NCBI GenBank assembly: GCA_964513995.1
Contig: CAZEOQ010000001.1
Location: forward strand, 144,550-208,549
DNA: 64,000 nucleotides
From: an uncultured Desulfobacterales bacterium
GTDB lineage: Bacteria; Desulfobacterota; DSM-4660; Desulfatiglandales; JALVZP01
Direction: 5' to 3'
Shown piece after piece: positions 40,524-50,370 of the stretch (positions are counted from its first letter, which is position 1; each line of letters starts with the position of its first letter). The notes beneath the pieces are model-generated. The model was not told where the DNA came from. It did no database searches and saw only the letters and a program-made list of their open reading frames with translations. The position numbers and the translations under genes are program-made.

Positions 40524-41415
40524 CTTGAATAGCTTTTACGAGATAAGTAAGGACCTTATTTACAGGAACAGAAATATTCATCTTTTCTGCTTCTCTTATA
40601 ATTGCTCCATTTATAAAGTCTATTTCTGTCTTCTTTTTTCTGATGATATCCTGAAGCATGGAAGAAGTATTTTCTGCTGTCTTCTCACAGACTTCATATA
40701 CTTTTTTTACAGGATCTTCATACGGAAGCTTTATCCCTTTTCTCTTTATTACCTTTTCTGTCTCTCTTATACACTCTTCCATGATCCTTCTCGTCCAATC
40801 TATCTTTATAAGCATTCCGTTTTTAAATCCCGTTATTGCTGTAAGAGGATTTATAGCAGAATTTATAAGGAGCTTACCCCAAATAAAAGGCTCTATATCA
40901 GAAGTAATCCGTGTCTTAAATCCTGCTTTATTTAAGATAAATCTTAGTTCTGAAATCATCTCATCATAAGGTCCTATTACTGTTTCACCAGTTCCTGCAT
41001 GTCTTACATGTCCTTCTTTTAAAAGAGTTGCTCCTTCTGATGTTATTCCTCCATAGACCCTCCTTTTTAATATCCTTTCAAGTATCTCAATATTTCCGAT
41101 ACCGTTTTGGAGTGTTATTACCCTTGTATCCTCTTTTATAAGCCCTTTTAGCACATATGCTACTTTTTCTGTGCTATATGCCTTTACAAAGATTAGAACA
41201 AAGTCAGGTCTAAAAGATATGTCCTCTTTTGTAAAAACAGGGACATTTACGCAGAATTCTCCCTTTATCCCTTCTACCTTTATTCCTTTTCTGTTCAAAA
41301 AACTTGCTCTTTCTTTTTTATAATCAAGAAGAGATACATCTCCAGCAGTAAACCTCTTCAACCTTGCAGAAAAAAGAAGACCCATTGCACCTGGACCAAC
41401 GATCAGTAGCCTCAT
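40507..41415 (-). CDS. panE: 2-dehydropantoate 2-reductase
   Basis: The Rossmann N-terminus MRLLIVGPGAMG and the ApbA/PanE C-terminal domain (SSMLQDI, EIDFINGAI). Confidence 0.85.
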   Translation of the reverse strand: MRLLIVGPGAMGLLFSARLKRFTAGDVSLLDYKKERASFLNRKGIKVEGIKGEFCVNVPVFTKEDISFRPDFVLIFVKAYSTEKVAYVLKGLIKEDTRVITLQNGIGNIEILERILKRRVYGGITSEGATLLKEGHVRHAGTGETVIGPYDEMISELRFILNKAGFKTRITSDIEPFIWGKLLINSAINPLTAITGFKNGMLIKIDWTRRIMEECIRETEKVIKRKGIKLPYEDPVKKVYEVCEKTAENTSSMLQDIIRKKKTEIDFINGAIIREAEKMNISVPVNKVLTYLVKAIQDVKGS

Positions 41416-42254
41416 TCTTCTAAAAGCTTTTTTGCTTCTTCTGGATCCATATGAAATGTATGTTCAGGTCCTGGAAAAATCCCTTTTTCTACCTCTTCCT
41501 TAAACCTCCTTATTGCCTTTTTTATCTCAGGAGCAAGATTCAGGTATTGCTTTACAAACTTTGGAACAAACCTTTCAAAAAGTCCTACCATATCGTGATA
41601 TACAAGGACCTGACCATCACATCCTCTTCCTGCACCAATTCCTACAGTAGGAACACTCACCTCTTTTGTTATAATCTCTGCAAGGACATCAGGAATACAT
41701 TCCATAACTATCATAAAAGCACCAGCTTCTTCCAAATCCTTTGCAGACCTTATAAGCTTTTTAGCAGTCTCTACATCCTTTCCCTGAACCCTGTATCCAC
41801 TCAGCAGTTTTGCCCTTTGTGGAGTAAGTCCTATGTGTCCACATACAGGTATCCCTGCATCTACTATTGCCTTTACGATGTGTGCTACTTCACTTCCTCC
41901 TTCAAGCTTTACCGCATCACACCCTCCTTCTTTAAGGAATCTTCCTGCATTCTCAATTGCCTTTTCTATACTTGACTGATATGACATAAATGGCATGTCA
42001 CCAATTATAAAAGCCCTTTTTACTCCTCTTGATACTGCCTTACAGTGATGAATCATCTCTTCCATTGTAACAGGAAGTGTAGAGTCATATCCAAGGACAA
42101 CCATTCCAACTGAATCTCCTACAAGTATCGTATCTATTCCTGCTTCATCAATCAGTCTTGCAGTAGGATAATCATATGCTGTTATCATAGTAATTTTTTC
42201 TCCTTTTTCCTTCTTTTCCTTAAGATAAGCTATTGTTACTTTTTTTGAATCCAT
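41412..42254 (-). CDS. panB: 3-methyl-2-oxobutanoate hydroxymethyltransferase
   Basis: MITAYDYPTA, ILVGDSVGMV, VKLEGG, and GHIGLTPQ. Confidence 0.95.
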   Translation of the reverse strand: MDSKKVTIAYLKEKKEKGEKITMITAYDYPTARLIDEAGIDTILVGDSVGMVVLGYDSTLPVTMEEMIHHCKAVSRGVKRAFIIGDMPFMSYQSSIEKAIENAGRFLKEGGCDAVKLEGGSEVAHIVKAIVDAGIPVCGHIGLTPQRAKLLSGYRVQGKDVETAKKLIRSAKDLEEAGAFMIVMECIPDVLAEIITKEVSVPTVGIGAGRGCDGQVLVYHDMVGLFERFVPKFVKQYLNLAPEIKKAIRRFKEEVEKGIFPGPEHTFHMDPEEAKKLLEE

Positions 42255-42266
42255 GACATCTCTCCT

Positions 42267-42887
42267 TTATATAAATTCACTTATGTCTCCTTTTCCTTCT
42301 CTTATAATCTCTATCCTGTCATCCACAAGTGATATTACTGTTGAAGGTTCAGGATATATTATTCCACCGTCAATAATAAGGTCTAGCCAGTGTCCATATG
42401 TTTCTTTTATATCCAAAGGATCAGAAACTTCCAGGGTCGTGCTTATAATAGGTCTTCCAAGAAGCTTTACAATGCTTAAGCATATCTTGCTATCAGGTAT
42501 CCTTATGCCAACTGTTTTTCTTTTTGTAAGCATAAGTTTTGGAACAAGTCTTGTTCCTTTAAGTATAAATGTATATGGACCAGGAAGATACCTTTTTATT
42601 ATCCTATAAGCAAAATCAGTAAGGACTGCATATTTGCTCACCTCTTTTATACTGCTGCATATAAAAGAAAAAGGTTTACTTAATGGTCTTTTTTTGATTT
42701 GATAAATAAGTCTTATTGCCTTTTTGTTATAGAGATCACAGCCTATTCCATAAAATGTATCAGTTGGATATGCTATTATTCCTCCATTTTCAAGAACTTC
42801 TACAGCTTTTTTTATAAGACGCTCCTGAGGAAAAGAGGGATTTATTGATATGATAGGAGCTTTCTTTTTCTTAATAGGACTTGTCAT
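42267..42887 (-). CDS. tsaC: L-threonylcarbamoyladenylate synthase (TsaC/YrdC/Sua5 family)
   Basis: GGIIAYPTDTFYGIGCD and the YrdC-domain pattern. The ORF runs on to 42998, but the conserved domain begins shortly after the ATG at 42887, which is the only canonical start near it. Confidence 0.8.
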   Translation of the reverse strand: MTSPIKKKKAPIISINPSFPQERLIKKAVEVLENGGIIAYPTDTFYGIGCDLYNKKAIRLIYQIKKRPLSKPFSFICSSIKEVSKYAVLTDFAYRIIKRYLPGPYTFILKGTRLVPKLMLTKRKTVGIRIPDSKICLSIVKLLGRPIISTTLEVSDPLDIKETYGHWLDLIIDGGIIYPEPSTVISLVDDRIEIIREGKGDISEFI

Positions 42888-43569
42888 AGGAAGTTTCCTC
42901 AATGTATGTATATACAGAATTCCAAGAGGAATTTCTATAATTAAACCTTCTTCTTTTTGCCCAAACTGCAAAAGAAAGATATCTCTTAAGGATAACATTC
43001 CTATTATAAGCTATATTCTTCTCAGAGGAAAATGCAGAAATTGCGGCAGACCTATATCAATACATTATCCTCTTGTTGAACTTATAACAGGACTTTTCAG
43101 CATCCTTCTTTACCTCAAGTATGGGATCAGCCCAGAATGTTTTTTTTATCTTATTTTCACATGCAGTCTCATTGTCCTGAGCGGAATAGATATAACCTTT
43201 CAGATATTACCTGATGTAATAACCATTCCCGGAATCCTTACAGGAATAGTATTTTCCTTTTTTCAAAAAAGGACGATTGATTCAATAACAGGAGCTTTTT
43301 TGGGAATGTCCTTTTTCACATGTTTATATCTCACATACAGGCTGGTTACTGGAAAAGAAGGGATAGGGGGAGGAGATATAAAGCTTATAGGGATGATAGG
43401 AGCCTGGCTTGGAGTAAGATCTCTTTTTTCTGTAATATTTCTTGGTTCTGCTTCTGGTGCAATTTTCGGAATTCTCAGAAGAGATCTGAAAAAGCCAATT
43501 CCTTTTGGACCCTTTCTTTCTGCTGGTGCAGTCTTTTATCTTCTTACAGAAATTTCTTTTTTCAGTTGA
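42850..43569 (+). CDS. pilD: prepilin (type IV leader) peptidase, A24 family
   Basis: N-terminal LVIGSFLNVCIYRIP, the CPNC...CRNC zinc pair, and the active-site block GGGDIKLIGMIGAWLG. Confidence 0.85.
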   Translation: MIGAFFFLIGLVIGSFLNVCIYRIPRGISIIKPSSFCPNCKRKISLKDNIPIISYILLRGKCRNCGRPISIHYPLVELITGLFSILLYLKYGISPECFFYLIFTCSLIVLSGIDITFQILPDVITIPGILTGIVFSFFQKRTIDSITGAFLGMSFFTCLYLTYRLVTGKEGIGGGDIKLIGMIGAWLGVRSLFSVIFLGSASGAIFGILRRDLKKPIPFGPFLSAGAVFYLLTEISFFS

Positions 43570-43595
43570 CACAAAGTCTTCTGCTTTATTATTAA
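43566..43595 (+). promoter_or_regulatory. putative promoter of the MBL-hydrolase/CoADR operon (TTGACA-18-TATTAA, 6 nt before ATG 43602)
   Basis: TTGACA at 43566-43571 (inside the pilD stop region) and TATTAA at 43590-43595, then agaagt and the ATG. No SD. Confidence 0.35.
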
Positions 43596-43601
43596 AGAAG
43601 T

Positions 43602-44171
43602 ATGCTAAAAAGGATACCAGTGGGATATTTTCGTGCAAACTGTTACATATTTGCAGATGAGTATACAGGAGAAGCTGTTGTTATAGATCCTGGTGATGAA
43701 GTATTCAGGATAATGGAAAATATAGAAGAGCTTGGAGTTAAAGTAAGATACATACTTCTTACTCATGGACACTTTGATCATACAGACGGAGCAGAAGAGC
43801 TTGGAAGAGCTGTTAATGCTCCTGTATACATACACAGGCTTGATTCACACATGCTGAGATTTCAGCCAGATGGATTCCTTTCAGATGGAGACATCTTTAA
43901 TCTGAGTTCATACAGCATAAAAGTCATCCATACCCCAGGACATACTGCTGGCAGTGTCTGCTTTTTTACAGACAGTATTATCTTTACAGGAGATACACTT
44001 TTTGCAGGATCAGTTGGAAGGACATTTTCAAGAAGAGATCATATCCTTCTTGTCCAAAGCATAATGAAAAAGATCATCCCTCTTGGAGATCACATAAAAG
44101 TATATCCTGGACATGGACCATCAAGCACTATTGGAAAAGAAAGGATAAGTAATCCATTCCTTCAGTTTTAG
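43602..44171 (+). CDS. MBL-fold metallo-hydrolase (glyoxalase II / persulfide dioxygenase-like)
   Basis: The THGHFDH metal motif, HTPGHTAGS, and a 189-aa single domain. Confidence 0.8.
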   Translation: MLKRIPVGYFRANCYIFADEYTGEAVVIDPGDEVFRIMENIEELGVKVRYILLTHGHFDHTDGAEELGRAVNAPVYIHRLDSHMLRFQPDGFLSDGDIFNLSSYSIKVIHTPGHTAGSVCFFTDSIIFTGDTLFAGSVGRTFSRRDHILLVQSIMKKIIPLGDHIKVYPGHGPSSTIGKERISNPFLQF

Positions 44172-44181
44172 GAGGAAAAAG

Positions 44182-45873
44182 ATGAATGTCGTAATTATTG
44201 GTGCAGTTGCACTTGGACCAAAGGTTGCATGTCGTGTAAAGAGACTTGATCCAGATGCAAATGTCCTTCTTCTTGATCAACAAGAACTTATATCCTATGG
44301 TGGATGCGGAATACCTTATCTTATATCAGGAGATGTCCCTGATCCTGATCAGTTAAGGACAACGAGTTTTCACATGCTGAGAGATGTAAAGTTTTTTAAG
44401 GACTGTAAAGGTGTGGATGTGCTTACAAGGACAAAGGCAACTGCTATAGACAGGGATAAAAAGAGTGTAATTGTAGAAGATCTGAGAAGTGGGGAAAAAA
44501 GAAAGATCCCTTATGATAAGCTCGTCATAGCAACTGGAAGCAGACCAAAAAGGCTAAATATTCCTGGATCTGATCTTCCTGGAATATATTCAATCTCAAG
44601 TCTTTCAGATGCAATAATGATAAGAAATGAGGTCGTCTCAGGAAGACTTGAAAAAGCAGCAATTATTGGAGCAGGAGCAATAGGACTTGAGATGGCTGAA
44701 GCTCTTTCAGATATGTGGGGAATTGAAACAGCAGTCATAGAGATTAAAGATCAGGTCCTTCCAGGAATAATAAGCAAAAACCTATCAAGGATGGTTCAAA
44801 GATGTATGGAAGAAAGAGGTATAAGGTTTTATCTTTCTGAGAAGGTTGTAAGATTTGAAGGAGCTGAAAAGGTAGAAAAAGTGATAACTGAAAAGAGAGA
44901 AATTCCTGCAGACATTGTTATTGTTGCAATAGGAGTTGAGCCAAATGTAGACCTTGCAAAAAATGCAGGGATTAAGTTATCCAATCTTGGTGGAATCCTT
45001 GTAAATGAATACCTCCAGACATCTGATCCAGATATATATGCAGGAGGAGACTGTGTAAACATTCCAAATCTCATTACAGGAAAGATTGATTATTTTCCTT
45101 CAGGAGCCCTTGCAAACAGACAGGGAAGAGTAATCGGAACAAATATATGTGGAGGGAAGGAAAAGTTTGAGGGAGCTGTTGGAAGTTTTGTAATAAAGGT
45201 ATTTGACTGGGCTGTTGCATCTGCTGGCCTCTGTATTGAAAGGGCAAAGGAGGAAGGATTTTCTGCAATAAGTGCATTTGTTGCACAGTTTGACAGAGCA
45301 CACTTTTATCCAGAAAAAGAGATGATGTTCTTGGAGCTTGTCGTGGATAAAGATGGAAGAGTTCTTGGAATTCAGGGATTTGGAAAGAGCAAAGATGCAG
45401 TTATGGGAAGGGTGAGTGCTGTTGCAAGTATTTTAAAATACAAGCCTCATATCTCAGACATAAGCAATCTTGAACTTCCATATTCTCCTCCATTTTCAGC
45501 AGCAATGGATATACTGAATGCAGTAGCAAATACTGCTGAGAATATACTTCAGGGAAGGGCTCAGGTTATAGATCTTGAGACATTTTCAAAGATATGGGAA
45601 AAGAAAGAGGAATATCTCTTCTTGGATTGTAGAGAATGGGGAAATGCAAAGGAATATGTGGAAAAGTATCCAGAGATCTGGAAGAATATTCCTCAGGGAG
45701 AACTTAGAAAGAGAATAGATGAAGTTCCAAAAGACAAAAGGATAATCCTTATATGCAATACTGGTGTAAGGTCGTATGAAGCACAGATTATACTTAAAAA
45801 CAGCGGATTCCAGGATACATACAATCTTCAGGGAGGTATGGCAGCAGTTAAGGAGTTTGGTCTAAATATCTGA
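44182..45873 (+). CDS. CoA-disulfide reductase / NAD(P)H persulfide reductase family flavoprotein with C-terminal rhodanese domain
   Basis: FAD motif VVIIGAVALGP, the single redox Cys context SYGGCGIPY typical of the CoADR/Nox class, NAD motif IIGAGAIGLE, and a C-terminal rhodanese with the active-site loop ICNTGVRS. Confidence 0.8.
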   Translation: MNVVIIGAVALGPKVACRVKRLDPDANVLLLDQQELISYGGCGIPYLISGDVPDPDQLRTTSFHMLRDVKFFKDCKGVDVLTRTKATAIDRDKKSVIVEDLRSGEKRKIPYDKLVIATGSRPKRLNIPGSDLPGIYSISSLSDAIMIRNEVVSGRLEKAAIIGAGAIGLEMAEALSDMWGIETAVIEIKDQVLPGIISKNLSRMVQRCMEERGIRFYLSEKVVRFEGAEKVEKVITEKREIPADIVIVAIGVEPNVDLAKNAGIKLSNLGGILVNEYLQTSDPDIYAGGDCVNIPNLITGKIDYFPSGALANRQGRVIGTNICGGKEKFEGAVGSFVIKVFDWAVASAGLCIERAKEEGFSAISAFVAQFDRAHFYPEKEMMFLELVVDKDGRVLGIQGFGKSKDAVMGRVSAVASILKYKPHISDISNLELPYSPPFSAAMDILNAVANTAENILQGRAQVIDLETFSKIWEKKEEYLFLDCREWGNAKEYVEKYPEIWKNIPQGELRKRIDEVPKDKRIILICNTGVRSYEAQIILKNSGFQDTYNLQGGMAAVKEFGLNI

Positions 45874-46462
45874 TTACCTGAAATTCTGGAGGAATGTTAA
45901 GATAGAACACATTTTCATGAACCTTTCTGTTAAACTCAATATGCCTTATCCTTAGATGCCAGACAGTTCCTGTAACAAGTGAATTTACAGTTATGTCCTG
46001 AGCAAAGACATATCCTTTTTCTATCTTGTAATTCTCAAACTTTATATCAAGTTTACTCTTGTCATATGAGACAGGAAGTCCTCTGAGGATTGACCATATC
46101 TGCATAGGTTTTAGACTGTGTGGAATGAAGTGAAGTGATCCAAGATTTTTCAGATCTGTTATGTATACCTTTTTTTCTTTTATAGAAAAAACCGTTACCT
46201 TCCTTTCTTCAATAAAGACATAAAATATAGGACCAGTAAGCCAGTTTGTAACTTCTATCCTGAGCTTAAGAGGTATTTTTTTTCCTACTACTATGATTTC
46301 TGCATCAAGTTCCTCTTCCCTTGTCTTTATACTTATCTTTCCTGTCCAAAGGATGGTCTTTACCTTCCTTTGTTGTTCAAAAAGGAGATTTTTGTTCATG
46401 ACTATCCTGTATTGCTTTGAGCATCCAGAAAAGATAAGCAAAATAAAACATAAAAAAATCAC
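45848..46462 (-). CDS. putative lipoprotein of unknown function (LolB/DUF4292-like by size and context only)
   Basis: The lipobox LLIFSGC is followed by a beta-rich 180-aa body. 4-nt overlap with the upstream TPR lipoprotein gene. Confidence 0.6.
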   Translation of the reverse strand: MIFLCFILLIFSGCSKQYRIVMNKNLLFEQQRKVKTILWTGKISIKTREEELDAEIIVVGKKIPLKLRIEVTNWLTGPIFYVFIEERKVTVFSIKEKKVYITDLKNLGSLHFIPHSLKPMQIWSILRGLPVSYDKSKLDIKFENYKIEKGYVFAQDITVNSLVTGTVWHLRIRHIEFNRKVHENVFYLNIPPEFQVIRYLDQTP

Positions 46463-48150
46463 TTCTTCAATATCTTCTCAATCCTTTCTATCTTCTTTTT
46501 TATCTTATCCCTGTCCTCAGGATCAAGATTAAGTGCTTTTTTATATGTCTTTAGAGCCTTTTCATAAAGACCTTTTTTCATATAAGCATCACCAAGGTGT
46601 TCTGTAATTACAGGATCATCTGGAGTAAGTCTTACGGCTTTTTCAAGATAATATATTGCCTTTTCATATTCCCCTTTTTGAAAATATACCCATCCAAGAC
46701 TGTCTATTATATAACCACTGTTTGGCTTGATTTTTACTGCTTTTTTTAAAAGCTCTAAAGCAAGATCAAGATTTATTCCCTGCTCAGCATAAGTGTATCC
46801 TATGTAATTTAAAGCATCTGCATTGTCTGGATCAAGTTTAAGGATATATTTCATTACCTTGATGCATTCATCCTTTTTCCCCATCTTGTCAAGAATAACA
46901 CCTTTTTGAAAAAGAAGCTCAATGTCTTCTGGATTATACTCAAGTGCTTCTAAGACTGCTTTTAATGCACTTTCATAGTCCTTTTTTTCTTCATAAATAA
47001 AAGAGAGCACAAGATAAAACTCTTTTTCTTTTCTTTTCTTCAAAGCAGACTCCAGTTCTTTTATTGCAAGGTCATACTGCTTTTTTTCTCTCAAGATCTG
47101 AGCAACTCTTATTCTTGCACTCACATAATATCCTGAATCAGAAGGAATTCTTCTGAAATGTTCTATTGCACTTTCAACATCTCCTTTTTTCTGATATGCT
47201 ATACCCAGAAGATAAAGAATCCTGTAATCTTCTGGTCTGTTTTTCAGAATCTCCAAAAGTTCCTTTATAGCTTCATCCACCCTTCCCTGTTCAAGATAAA
47301 CAGCTGCAAGGACCTCCCTTTCTGGACTTCCTGGAAAGGTATGTTCTCTGAGTTTTTTGAGTTCCACTTCTAAGTCTTTCTTTCTTCCTGTTTTCACATA
47401 AAGAATAAGAAGTCTTTCCAAAGCAGCCAGATCATCTGGATAAATACTGAGTATCTTCCTGCATACATCTATTGCCTTATCATACCTTCCTGTCATCTGA
47501 TAAAGAGAACACAGATCCAAAAGAGCAGGTTCAAAAGCCCTTCTCATACTTATTACAGTAATCAGATCCCTTTCTGCTTCTTTATATCTCCCAAATTCCA
47601 TGTTTATTCTGGCTCTCCAGTAGTATCCAATCCCTAAGTCAGGAAAGTTTTTTATTAAAAAGTTCAGATTTCTTAAGGCAGAATTTAGTCTGTTTTTTCT
47701 TATAAGAAGCTCAATGAGTATAATCCTTGCCCTTTTATTTTTTGGCTTCTCTTTCAGAAATTCTTCATATTCCCTTATAGCAAGCTCATACTTCTTTGTA
47801 ATCCTGTATAGATCTGCAAGCAAAAGTCTGTATTCTGGATTTTTTGGATCAAGCTCAAGACATCTTTTTGCATGATAGATAGCCTCTTCCCAATTTCTTA
47901 GCTTTTCAAGGATCATTACCATCTTTTTGTGAAGATAAACAGAATCCGGATCATTTTTTATAGCAACAGAAAGCCATTTTTTTGCCTTTAATATATCTCC
48001 ATCCATTACATAAAAAGATGCAAGAGCATAAGCCTTATATGCCTCCTTTATTGGATCATGTCTTTTCTGGATAATTATCTGTTTGGTCTTAAAATTGCTG
48101 TTATAGCAGCTCGTTATAAAAAAAATAAAAAGGAGATAATAAAGCATCAT
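46459..48150 (-). CDS. tetratricopeptide-repeat (TPR) lipoprotein
   Basis: 563 aa. N-terminal FFITSC lipobox, then more than 12 tandem 34-aa TPR-like units (recurrent A..Y..AL..DP motifs). Confidence 0.85.
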   Translation of the reverse strand: MMLYYLLFIFFITSCYNSNFKTKQIIIQKRHDPIKEAYKAYALASFYVMDGDILKAKKWLSVAIKNDPDSVYLHKKMVMILEKLRNWEEAIYHAKRCLELDPKNPEYRLLLADLYRITKKYELAIREYEEFLKEKPKNKRARIILIELLIRKNRLNSALRNLNFLIKNFPDLGIGYYWRARINMEFGRYKEAERDLITVISMRRAFEPALLDLCSLYQMTGRYDKAIDVCRKILSIYPDDLAALERLLILYVKTGRKKDLEVELKKLREHTFPGSPEREVLAAVYLEQGRVDEAIKELLEILKNRPEDYRILYLLGIAYQKKGDVESAIEHFRRIPSDSGYYVSARIRVAQILREKKQYDLAIKELESALKKRKEKEFYLVLSFIYEEKKDYESALKAVLEALEYNPEDIELLFQKGVILDKMGKKDECIKVMKYILKLDPDNADALNYIGYTYAEQGINLDLALELLKKAVKIKPNSGYIIDSLGWVYFQKGEYEKAIYYLEKAVRLTPDDPVITEHLGDAYMKKGLYEKALKTYKKALNLDPEDRDKIKKKIERIEKILKK

Positions 48151-49133
48151 ACGAGATCAGCAAAATCTTCTTCAAAATTAGGTATCTCTTTCTTTAGCCA
48201 TTCTTTTAGCTTCTTTACTATCCTGTTTTCTATCTGCCTTACTCTTTCTCTTGACACATTATACTTGTCTGCAATCTCCTGAAGTGTAAGAGGTTCTTCT
48301 GCCATGATCCTTTTTTCAAATATATATGCATCTCTTCCTGAAAGCTTCTTTCTGAATTCTTCTATCTTCTGCTTAAGTAGTCTTTTTCTGTCTGAATCAA
48401 TAAGCATCTTTTCTACATTTACATTAGGAGCTGGAAGAAGAGAGCCAACAGTCTCTCTTGAATCATCACTTACATCAGCATCTAAGGATATCTCCCATTC
48501 ACTCATTCTCTGATCCATCTCTTTTACTTCTTCTTCTTTTACCTCAAGTCTTTCTGCAAGAAGTTTTGTATCTGGAATTATTCCCTGAGCCATAAGCTTT
48601 TCTCTTTCTTTTGCAAGATTATAAAAGAGCTTTCTCTGTGCCTGTGTTGTTCCAATCTTTACAAGCCTCCAGTTGTCCATGATATACTTCAGTATGTATG
48701 CTCTTATCCAGAATGATGCATAATAGGAAAACTTTATTCCTTTATATGGATCAAACTTTTTTACTGCCTGAAGAAGACCAACATTTCCTTCCTGTATAAG
48801 ATCAAGAAGACTTCTTGTCCAATACCTCTGATATTCAAGAGCAATCTTTACTACGAGTCTCAGATTAGAAGTTACGAGCTTATAAGCAGCTTCTCTATCA
48901 CCTTTTTTTGCTCTTATTGCAAGCTCTCTTTCTTCCTCTTTTGTAAGAACCTTAAACTTTCTTATTTCCATAAGGTATCTTTGAAGAGGATCATATGGAG
49001 CAATATCTTTTTCTTCAGGCTGAGTTGCAGGAAGAGATACTTCTTCTTGAGGCAATGGATAAAGATCTATCTCCAATTCTTCATAATCCTTTTCTTCTAA
49101 GTCCATTAATTCTACCTCTTTTACCATAATCAA
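48147..49133 (-). CDS. rpoH: RNA polymerase sigma-32 (RpoH)-type heat-shock sigma factor
   Basis: Sigma-70 regions 2-4 (DLIQEGNVGLLQAVKKFDP; LQEIADKYNVSRERVRQIENR) plus an RpoH-box-like NWRLVKIGTTQAQRKLFYNLAK (E. coli RpoH: [22 protein letters not shown]). An extra acidic N-terminal extension of ~50 aa is present. Confidence 0.8.
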   Translation of the reverse strand: MIMVKEVELMDLEEKDYEELEIDLYPLPQEEVSLPATQPEEKDIAPYDPLQRYLMEIRKFKVLTKEEERELAIRAKKGDREAAYKLVTSNLRLVVKIALEYQRYWTRSLLDLIQEGNVGLLQAVKKFDPYKGIKFSYYASFWIRAYILKYIMDNWRLVKIGTTQAQRKLFYNLAKEREKLMAQGIIPDTKLLAERLEVKEEEVKEMDQRMSEWEISLDADVSDDSRETVGSLLPAPNVNVEKMLIDSDRKRLLKQKIEEFRKKLSGRDAYIFEKRIMAEEPLTLQEIADKYNVSRERVRQIENRIVKKLKEWLKKEIPNFEEDFADLV

Positions 49134-50368
49134 ACTCCTTTCACTTTTACTTTCATATATCTTTTCTTTCCTGCCCTAAGAAGAATTTGACCGTCTTCAA
49201 CTTCATCCAGTTTTATCAGAAAGTCAAATGAAGGGATCTTTCTTCCATTCAGATATCCTCCACCCTGAGAAATAAGTCTTCTTGCTTCTGATCTCGTGCT
49301 GCAAAGACCAGTTTCATGAAACAGGATATATGCAGGAATCCCATCTTCAAGTCTCTTTTTATCAACCACATATGTTGGAATATTATTGATTTCTCCTTTC
49401 CTTTCTGACCATCCAAAAAGTGCTCTGGATGCCTCTTTTGCCTTATTTGCCTCTTCTTCTCCATGAACAATCTTTGTTGCTTCATATGCAAGAACTTCTT
49501 TTGCCTTCCTTATCTCCTCTCCCTTAAGCCTTGAAAGTTCTCTTATCTGATCCATTGGAAGAAAAGTAAAAAGCTTAAGAAACCTTTCTATGTCTCTGTC
49601 ATCCTGATTTATCCAATACTGGTAGTATTCATAAGGAGAAGTAAGATCTGGATCAAGCCATATTGCACCTTTGTGAGTCTTTCCCATCTTTATTCCTGAT
49701 GATGTCGTAAGAAGAGGAAATGTTATTCCATATGCTTCTTCTCCTTCAATTCTCCTTATAAGATCTATCCCTGCTACGATGTTCCCCCACTGATCACTTC
49801 CTCCAAGCTGAAGTCTGCAACCATAGTTTTTAAAGAGATACCAGAAGTCATAAGCCTGAAGAAGCATATAATTGAATTCCAGGAAACTCAGTCCTGTTGT
49901 CCTTAGCCTAATCTTATAGCTTTCTGCAGAAAGCATCCTGTTTACACTAAAGTGTCTTCCAATCTCTCTAAGGAAGTCAATGTATTTCAGATCCAGAAGC
50001 CACTCTGCATTGTTTAAAATAATGGCTTTTTTGTCTGAGGAGTCTATAAGCTTTGAAAGCTGTTTTTTTATATGAGCTGCATTTTCCTCTATCTGACTTT
50101 TCTCCATAAGTGGTCTTGCCTCTGTCTTTCCACTTGGATCTCCTACCATTGCTGTTCCACCACCTATGACAGCAATTGGTCTGTGACCTGCCTTTTGCAT
50201 GTGAATGAGTGCCATGATGGGAAGAAGATGTCCTACATGAAGACTTTTTGCAGTAGGATCAAAGCCAACATAACAGACTGTAGGATTTTCAAGTAATTTT
50301 CTTATCTTATCCCTTTCTGTAACCTGCTCAATAAATCCTCTTTCTTCAAGTATATCAAATACATTCAT
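49130..50368 (-). CDS. tyrS: tyrosine--tRNA ligase
   Basis: HIGH-type motif LHVGHLLP, KMSKS-type KMGKT, and a C-terminal S4 domain. Confidence 0.95.
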   Translation of the reverse strand: MNVFDILEERGFIEQVTERDKIRKLLENPTVCYVGFDPTAKSLHVGHLLPIMALIHMQKAGHRPIAVIGGGTAMVGDPSGKTEARPLMEKSQIEENAAHIKKQLSKLIDSSDKKAIILNNAEWLLDLKYIDFLREIGRHFSVNRMLSAESYKIRLRTTGLSFLEFNYMLLQAYDFWYLFKNYGCRLQLGGSDQWGNIVAGIDLIRRIEGEEAYGITFPLLTTSSGIKMGKTHKGAIWLDPDLTSPYEYYQYWINQDDRDIERFLKLFTFLPMDQIRELSRLKGEEIRKAKEVLAYEATKIVHGEEEANKAKEASRALFGWSERKGEINNIPTYVVDKKRLEDGIPAYILFHETGLCSTRSEARRLISQGGGYLNGRKIPSFDFLIKLDEVEDGQILLRAGKKRYMKVKVKGV

Positions 50369-50370
50369 AC

